Below are positions 56,621 to 62,543 of a DNA stretch of 62,543 bases, one piece after another. Both the position numbers and the translations under genes were made by a program. The notes beneath the pieces were generated by a model. It was not told the origin of the DNA, made no database searches, and worked only from the letters and a program-made list of their open reading frames with translations. The DNA comes from Myxococcota bacterium (lineage in GTDB: Bacteria > Myxococcota_A > UBA796 > CAJQPC01). Position 1 is the first letter of the stretch, and the number at the start of each line of letters is the position of its first letter. The DNA lies in assembly GCA_036012755.1 (NCBI GenBank), contig DASCPX010000228.1, forward strand, positions 1 to 62,543, in the 5' to 3' direction.

Positions 56621-57598
56621 ATGTTGCTGCTCTTGGCTTGTGGACAGGCGGACGATCCGGTCCCCGCCGTGGCACGCTTGGTGGATCGGGTCGGAGAGGA
56701 CGGCTGCGCGGACGACAGCGTGCGCATGGGCTCGCTCTGCGTCGACGCCTGGGAGGCCGAGGTCGTCGGGGAGCTGGGGTCGCCCGACCAGTTCATCGCC
56801 CCCCAACGGAAGACCACCGCGACCGCCCTGAGCAAGGCTGGCGTCGCGCCCTCGATGATCACCTACAGCCAGGCTTGGCGTGCGTGCGAGAACGTCGGCA
56901 AGCGCCTGATCACGACCTCCGAGTGGGAGGACGCCGCCGATGGCGTGGTCGGGCCCGGCGGCAGCGCCTTCCCGTACGGCAGCGAGTTCGATCCGACGGC
57001 CTGCGCCACAACCGACGAGCAGAGCTTCCAACAGTACACGGAGGTCCAGCTCACAGGCTCGAAGCCGGGCTGCGTGAGCGAGTTCGGGGCCTACGATCTC
57101 ATCGGCAACGCCTGGGAGTGGACAGCCTCAGAGGACCGCCTGGACATCGAGGGGTGGCTCGCTGCCAACCCGAGCTACAGCGTCGTCGATGGCCTCCTGG
57201 TCGGGCCGCCGGCCATCGCGCTGGCGGCTGACATCGAGCCCGCGCAGCTCGACCAGGACGAGCAGGGGCGGCTCTACGCCGCGCCCTCGCAGCTCAACAA
57301 GCGACAGGCATTCGGCCGCCGGGGCTACCTGGCCGTCAACCAGCGTGACAAGGTCCACCAGCTGCTGCCCTTCGTGCTGGAGCAGCCAGATGTGGAGGGA
57401 CCCGCCTACATCCGGATCCTGGCAGAAGCCGACGGACTGCCCGTCCCGATCAAGCGCGGCTGCGGCTACTACTCGGGCCAGCCATCGACCTGCACGACGA
57501 GCCGGTCGAACCTCGCCGGACACTTCCACGACTTCCGAGGCACCATCGGCTTCCGCTGCGTCCTGGACCTCTCCGATCAGGCCGCTCAGCGTCCCTGA
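56621..57598 (+). CDS. SUMF1/FGE-sulfatase domain lipoprotein
   Basis: MLLLLAC; CVDAWEA, GKRL.T.SEWE.A, FPYG, YDLIGNAWEW, GFRC. Confidence 0.85.
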   Translation: MLLLLACGQADDPVPAVARLVDRVGEDGCADDSVRMGSLCVDAWEAEVVGELGSPDQFIAPQRKTTATALSKAGVAPSMITYSQAWRACENVGKRLITTSEWEDAADGVVGPGGSAFPYGSEFDPTACATTDEQSFQQYTEVQLTGSKPGCVSEFGAYDLIGNAWEWTASEDRLDIEGWLAANPSYSVVDGLLVGPPAIALAADIEPAQLDQDEQGRLYAAPSQLNKRQAFGRRGYLAVNQRDKVHQLLPFVLEQPDVEGPAYIRILAEADGLPVPIKRGCGYYSGQPSTCTTSRSNLAGHFHDFRGTIGFRCVLDLSDQAAQRP

Positions 57599-58908
57599 TC
57601 GAGGGCGTAGAGGTCGCCGACGAGCTGGCTGTGACCGAGGGTCCTCTCGTCGCCCCACTGCAGCGACCAGACCGTCTCTCCGTCGCCGTCGATCTCCCGG
57701 ATCTCGCCGCCGGTGCCGTAGTTGAGCAGGGTGTTGCCGTTGTGCAGGCGCACGGCCTCGCCAGAGTATTCGGCGTAGCCCTCGACGCCCTCGCCGTAGG
57801 CCCAGATCTCGCTCAGGGTCCCCGCCGCCGCGTCGACGACGAACTCCCGCGCTCGCTGCTGGCCCTCCTCGCCAAGGACGTGGGTGGAGACGATCAGCGT
57901 GCCGTCAGGCGTGTAGTTCGGGTAGTGCTGCAGATCGAGGGCCGCCTCCGCCGGCTGGATCTCGAGACCCTCCGGCAGGACCCCGGCGTGCCAGAGGACC
58001 GCGCCGGTCTGCCGGTCGATCTCGGCGATGTAGTCCCCCCAGTACGTAGACCACATGATCGAGTCGGTCTCGGCCACCCAGTTCACCGTGTTGCTCTGGC
58101 AGTGCTCCGGGTCGTCGTCCCAGGCAGCCATCCACGCCGCGCAGTCCCAGACTTCGCTCCTGGTCCCATCAGCGGCGATCTCCTGGATCGTCACGTCAGG
58201 CACCCCGACGTGCTGGTCGTAGAGCAGCGTGCCCTCGTCGGTCTCGTCCCAGGCCCAGCCCAGGCCGGGGGCCTCGAAGTCCTCGGAGTAGTCGCCGGAG
58301 AGGCTCATGCGACGGATCAGCGCCCCCTCGCCGCCCGCGTCCCAGAAGCTGTGATCGTCGAAGGCGATGTGCGTTCCGTCCCGGGCGACCCGCGGGAACA
58401 TGCTCATGTTCCAGCGCAGCAGCTCGTGGTACCAGACCACCCTCCCCTCGCGGTTGGCGATGAAGAGCCAGAAGGGCCCGGTGTAGGCCTCGCCTCCGTC
58501 GGTGTCGACGCTGCCGAGGACCCAGCGCTCCGGGCTGGCCCCGTCGGCCTCCCAGATCTCGACCACCGGCTCCGGGAGCGTCTCGGGGAGGGGCCCGGTG
58601 ACAGCGGAGGACTCCTCGCTCTCGGACCGCTTGCCGTCGCGCTCTGCGACCACCTTGAAGGTCACCTCGGTGTCCGCCGGAACCCCCAGGATGAGCTCCT
58701 CGTTGCGCCCGGCCTCGGTGAGGCGGGCCGGAGAGCTCCAGCTCTCGCCGTCGGCCTCGAACTCCAGCCAGGTCTCGGCCTCGACGTCCTGGGTCCACCG
58801 CACGCGAACGAGGGTGGCCACGTCACCGTCGAGGTCGGCCGAGACGGGGGAGAGCTCGACCGAGCCGACGCAGCCGATGAGGAGGATGTGGGCGAGGAGC
58901 ATGGCCAT
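57586..58908 (-). CDS. Aryl-sulfate sulfotransferase-like beta-propeller lipoprotein (alternative start 58902)
   Basis: LLIGC; G.VVWY, SNTV, EIDR.TG.VLW, QHYP, G.A.RL.NGNTL. Confidence 0.7.
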   Translation of the reverse strand: MAMLLAHILLIGCVGSVELSPVSADLDGDVATLVRVRWTQDVEAETWLEFEADGESWSSPARLTEAGRNEELILGVPADTEVTFKVVAERDGKRSESEESSAVTGPLPETLPEPVVEIWEADGASPERWVLGSVDTDGGEAYTGPFWLFIANREGRVVWYHELLRWNMSMFPRVARDGTHIAFDDHSFWDAGGEGALIRRMSLSGDYSEDFEAPGLGWAWDETDEGTLLYDQHVGVPDVTIQEIAADGTRSEVWDCAAWMAAWDDDPEHCQSNTVNWVAETDSIMWSTYWGDYIAEIDRQTGAVLWHAGVLPEGLEIQPAEAALDLQHYPNYTPDGTLIVSTHVLGEEGQQRAREFVVDAAAGTLSEIWAYGEGVEGYAEYSGEAVRLHNGNTLLNYGTGGEIREIDGDGETVWSLQWGDERTLGHSQLVGDLYALDQGR

Positions 58909-59006
58909 GCCTATCCCACGGCGGAGCGGTTGTATGGTCCCTGGCGAGCGAAACCACCACCGCGTCAGACCATCCCACACGAGCCGCCGCACAACAGCGA
59001 GTCCTC

Positions 59007-61160
59007 TTGATCGACGCCTTCCACAGCCTCTTCGCGAAGCGCAGAGCCGAGCCCTCGTACCCCGTGCTGCCGATGGTGGACGAAGACGGGCAGACCAACG
59101 TGCCAGGGGTCTTCGCCGTGGGCGAGCTCGCGGGGACGCCGCTGGTCCGGCTGGGCTTGAACGCCGGCCACGACCTGGTGGAGCGGATCGGTCCGGAGCT
59201 GGCGCGCACCCAGGGGCCGGATCCCGAGCTGCTCGACGTGGTCATCGTGGGCAGCGGGAGCTCGGGGCTGGCTGCGACGGTCACCGCCGCCGACCTGGGC
59301 CTGCGCTACGTGACGCTGGAGGCCGCGGCGCTCGCCAACACCTTCGTCACCATGACCAAGGGCAAGCTGCTGCTCGCCGAGCCAGGGGGCGTGCCCCTGC
59401 GCAGCCGGGTGTGGTTCGAGGAGTGCACCCGCGAGGAGCTGCTCGCGAAGTGGCGAGCCCTGGTCGCCGAAGAGGGCCTGGAGATCCACGAACACGAGAA
59501 GGTGACCCGTGTCGGCGGCTCGGAGGGGGCCTTCGAGGTGGAGACCGCGCTGGCCACCTACCGGACCCGGCGGGTGGTGCTGGCGCTCGGCAAGGCAGGA
59601 AACCCCCGCCGCCTCGGCGTCCCCGGCGAGCGCGAGCACGGGGATCGCGTCCACCACCGGCTCCTGGACCCGGACGACTTCCGCGACCGCGACGTGGTCA
59701 TCGTCGGCGCCGGGGACGTGGCCTGCGAAGCGGCGATCGCGCTGGCTCGGGACGGCAGCAACAGGGTGACGCTGAGCGCCATCGACGAGGCCTTCACCTA
59801 TCCGAAGCAGCGCAACGTCGACGCGGTGCGGGCCCTGGAGGAGCAGGGGCGCCTGCGCATCCTCCTGTCCTCCGAGGTGACGCGCTTCGAGGACGAGGTG
59901 GTCGAGGTCCGCACCGCGGACGGAGTCCAGAGCGTGCCCTACGACGTGGTCTTCGAGATGATCGGAGCCGAGCTGCCCGTGGGCTTCCTGCGCAGCGTCG
60001 GCGTGCGACTCGACACCGACTGGCCACCGGGGCGCTGGCTCGGGCTGGGGGCGGCCTTCGTCGGGGCCTACTCGCTCTATGCCCTCAAGAGCTTCGGCAA
60101 GGGCAGCTCGACGGCCTTCCCCTTCGAGCACCTGGTCACCCCCGAAGCCTACGACGCCGTGATCGGCCCCTTGTTCGGAGCTGCCTTCGCGCCCTTCTCC
60201 TGGCTCTTTTCGGCCGAGGCGCTGTCCCAGATCCAGGCAGACCGAGGCTTCCAGCAGGGCTACCTCTACAGCCTCGTCTACACCCTGGTGATGCTGGTCT
60301 TCGGGTACCAGGCGATGATCCGCTGGAGGCGGAGGGCCCGCGACCCGAGCTACCAGACCTGGCGCTTCGCGTCGCTGGTGGGCTTCCAGGTCGCCTTCTT
60401 CCTGGTGGTGAACGTCGTCGGCGTGCAGGCGCTGACCGTGAAGTACGCCTGGCGAAGCTGGGGCCTCTACCAACCCTTCCCGCTCTTCTTCAACACCTTC
60501 TTCTGGTGGTACCCAGAGGATCCGGGGTGGATCAAGTGGTCCTTCATCGTCGCTGGAGTCCTGGGGACCTTCGTCGCGATCCCGCTGGCAGCGCGGAACC
60601 ACGGCAAGCGCTTCTGCACCTGGGTGTGCGGCTGCGGGGGCCTGGCGGAGACGCTGGGCGACCGCTGGCGACACCTGGCGCCGAAGGGGCAGCGCTCACG
60701 AGCCTGGGAGTTCCAGGGGGCCGTCGTGCTGGCGGCGGCGACCCTCGTCGGGGTCGTCGTGGTCGGGGCCTACCAGAGCTCCGGCAGCAACAACTGGTGG
60801 TACGCCTACAACTACCTGGTGGACTTCTGGCTGGTCGCGGTGATCCCCATCGCGCTGTACCCCTTCTTCGGGGGCAAGATCTGGTGCCGCTACTGGTGCC
60901 CGCTGGCGGCCTACAACGGCCTGCTCGCGAGGTGGTACGGCCGCCTGAAGATCGTCTCCGACGACCACTGCATCACCTGCACCGAGTGCTCGAGGTACTG
61001 CCAGGTGGGGGTGGACGTGATGGCCTTCGCCAAGGACCAGCGGGCCTTCGACAACAGCAACTCCGCGTGCATCCAGTGCGGCATCTGCATCGACGTCTGC
61101 CCGATGAGCGTGCTGTCCTTCGAGACCAGCGACGGGAGCGCCGAGATGCGCTCGGGGTGA
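59007..61160 (+). CDS. FAD/NAD(P)-dependent oxidoreductase fused to a membrane polyferredoxin domain
   Basis: IVGSGSSG and IVGAGDVA Rossmann motifs; multiple TMs; FCTWVCGCG, WCRYWCP; CITCTECSRYC and CIQCGICIDVCP. Confidence 0.88.
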   Translation: MIDAFHSLFAKRRAEPSYPVLPMVDEDGQTNVPGVFAVGELAGTPLVRLGLNAGHDLVERIGPELARTQGPDPELLDVVIVGSGSSGLAATVTAADLGLRYVTLEAAALANTFVTMTKGKLLLAEPGGVPLRSRVWFEECTREELLAKWRALVAEEGLEIHEHEKVTRVGGSEGAFEVETALATYRTRRVVLALGKAGNPRRLGVPGEREHGDRVHHRLLDPDDFRDRDVVIVGAGDVACEAAIALARDGSNRVTLSAIDEAFTYPKQRNVDAVRALEEQGRLRILLSSEVTRFEDEVVEVRTADGVQSVPYDVVFEMIGAELPVGFLRSVGVRLDTDWPPGRWLGLGAAFVGAYSLYALKSFGKGSSTAFPFEHLVTPEAYDAVIGPLFGAAFAPFSWLFSAEALSQIQADRGFQQGYLYSLVYTLVMLVFGYQAMIRWRRRARDPSYQTWRFASLVGFQVAFFLVVNVVGVQALTVKYAWRSWGLYQPFPLFFNTFFWWYPEDPGWIKWSFIVAGVLGTFVAIPLAARNHGKRFCTWVCGCGGLAETLGDRWRHLAPKGQRSRAWEFQGAVVLAAATLVGVVVVGAYQSSGSNNWWYAYNYLVDFWLVAVIPIALYPFFGGKIWCRYWCPLAAYNGLLARWYGRLKIVSDDHCITCTECSRYCQVGVDVMAFAKDQRAFDNSNSACIQCGICIDVCPMSVLSFETSDGSAEMRSG

Positions 61161-61185
61161 GCGGGCTGCACGCCAGGCTGGTCCC

Positions 61186-61902
61186 CTACTCCAGGAACAT
61201 CTCCACGGGGGTCCCGGCGGGTGGGTCCCCTTCGGCCTCGCCGTTGTAGTAGACGACCGTGGCCCGCATGTCCTCGCAGTCCTTTCCGGTCTGAGACGTG
61301 AACAGCGACCCATATGGATAGCCGGAGCAGCCGTCGCTCCCGAAGAGGTTCTGCTGCAGCACGTCCCAGGTGTGGGGGTGGTCCGCGCAGCCCGGGACAC
61401 CGCTGCCTCCCGAGGACCCGCTGCCGAAGTAGCAGGGCTCGGCAGGCGAGCCGACCTGGTAGCGCTCCAGGTTCACCAGGCTGCAGCGGTAGGCGTACTG
61501 GCCGGTGAAGCCGGTGATCACCTCGTTGGCTCCGCAGGAGGTCCCACGCTCCAGCCCCGTGACCTCGCTCAAGATGTCCGTCGCGGGCAGCGGGCAGCAG
61601 ATGAAGTTGGGTCCGGTGCCGTCGTCCATCATGAACGCCGCGTGGTCCGCGGGACAGTCGACCGGTCCGCCGCCGGCCATGTGGACCATCGTGTCGACCG
61701 AGCAGGCCGCCGGCTCGTGCTCGGGGGTCCCCGCTTCGCCGGTCTCCCCGGTGTCAGCTACCCCGTCGGAGTCGCCCTCGTTGTCGTCACGGTCGGGGCG
61801 AGCGGGACGTGCGACCTCCCCGCCGTTGTTGTCCTCGATGCTGTGGAGGCTCGTCTCCGAACAGCCGCCGAGAGCCAGGCACCAGAGCCACGCAAGCTGC
61901 AT
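61186..61902 (-). CDS. Cys-rich hypothetical lipoprotein
   Basis: MQLAWLWCLALGGC; acidic linker; about ten Cys in the mature domain. Confidence 0.7.
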   Translation of the reverse strand: MQLAWLWCLALGGCSETSLHSIEDNNGGEVARPARPDRDDNEGDSDGVADTGETGEAGTPEHEPAACSVDTMVHMAGGGPVDCPADHAAFMMDDGTGPNFICCPLPATDILSEVTGLERGTSCGANEVITGFTGQYAYRCSLVNLERYQVGSPAEPCYFGSGSSGGSGVPGCADHPHTWDVLQQNLFGSDGCSGYPYGSLFTSQTGKDCEDMRATVVYYNGEAEGDPPAGTPVEMFLE

Positions 61903-62027
61903 GTCGCGATCCGTCGGCGCCGGGACCCACGCGGGATCCTCTGGGATCAAGCCACAGCGGACAGCGCGAGATGGAAAGAACCGTGTGAAGTCAGGGCTCG
62001 CCGATGCCATGAGAACATCGGAACGCA

Positions 62028-62447
62028 ATGCCAGAGGAAGCCCTGTCCCTCCCTGCTCGGCTGGCGCTGATCGCAGGGATCATCCTCGTCCTCGTCGTCG
62101 CGCCCCTCTACCTCTCGGGGACCTTCGACGAGACGGTCGAGGTGACCGTGGGTGAGCTCGCCGCGATGGGAGACGACGACTCGGGCACGAAGTTCGGCGT
62201 GACCGCGGAGGTCGAGCCGAAGACCGAGCTCGACATGGGGATCTACCGCAAGCAGAGCGTCGCCTTCGACGGGACGCCCCACAGCGCGCTGCGCCGCCAC
62301 GACGACGAGTCGCGGGCGACGGTCTGGTTCGATCCAGACGAGGTCTCCGCTCCCAGCGCGGGCGAGGAGGTCACCCTGGCGCTGGACCCGGGACGCTTCT
62401 CTGAGGGTAGCGTCCCAGGAAGTGGTGTAGCAGCACCGCAGTGTTGA
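62028..62447 (+). pseudogene. Membrane-anchored hypothetical protein, C-terminus truncated by IS insertion
   Basis: N-terminal TM; the last ~14 codons lie inside the IS end. Confidence 0.55.
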
Positions 62448-62543
62448 AGAAGCCGTGGAGCTCTCCTAGGTTGTTGACAAGTCAACAGCCACAACAAAGG
62501 AGACCCCACGGTCATGACTGACGTAGAAGACATCCAGGCACTC
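62406..62543 (+). mobile_element. IS256-family insertion sequence, left end (transposase ATG at 62514, partial)
   Basis: GGTAGCGTCCCAGGAAGTGGTGTAG resembles IS256-family terminal repeats; lower GC; AAAGGAG RBS then MTDVEDIQAL. Confidence 0.7.

Overview
GC-rich bacterial chromosomal window, most likely from a Myxococcota-like organism (MYXO-CTERM-like motif, many acidic Cys-rich lipoproteins, type-2 IleRS); the taxonomy is an inference. It is bounded by the left ends of two insertion sequences (IS3 family at 1-286, IS256 family from about 62406), so it probably represents a whole contig. It holds about 55 CDS: housekeeping genes (ileS, purD-purE-tsaC, hslR, dinB, FKBP, K+ channel) and many exported hydrolase and redox lipoproteins (two ceramidase-like, two FGE-sulfatase-domain, two CotH, sulfatase, ASST-like, Mo-oxidoreductase with a diheme cytochrome c). 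The most notable observations are: (1) a probable multidomain selenoprotein lipoprotein split at an in-frame UGA in a UxxC redoxin motif, with a SECIS-like hairpin, next to a Cys-type paralogue; (2) an ORF with an internal MYXO-CTERM-like anchor followed directly by a second lipoprotein signal, suggesting a polyprotein; (3) recurrent TAnnnT hexamers 5-7 nt before start codons (leaderless expression); (4) ultra-short 'MLLLLAC'-type lipoprotein signals, plus a signal peptidase I homologue lacking both catalytic residues; (5) a chemotaxis operon and a surface-protein gene collapsing through internal deletions; (6) a perfect CTGT-N8-ACAG palindrome abutting the dinB start. All family assignments come from motif recognition by eye; no database search was run.
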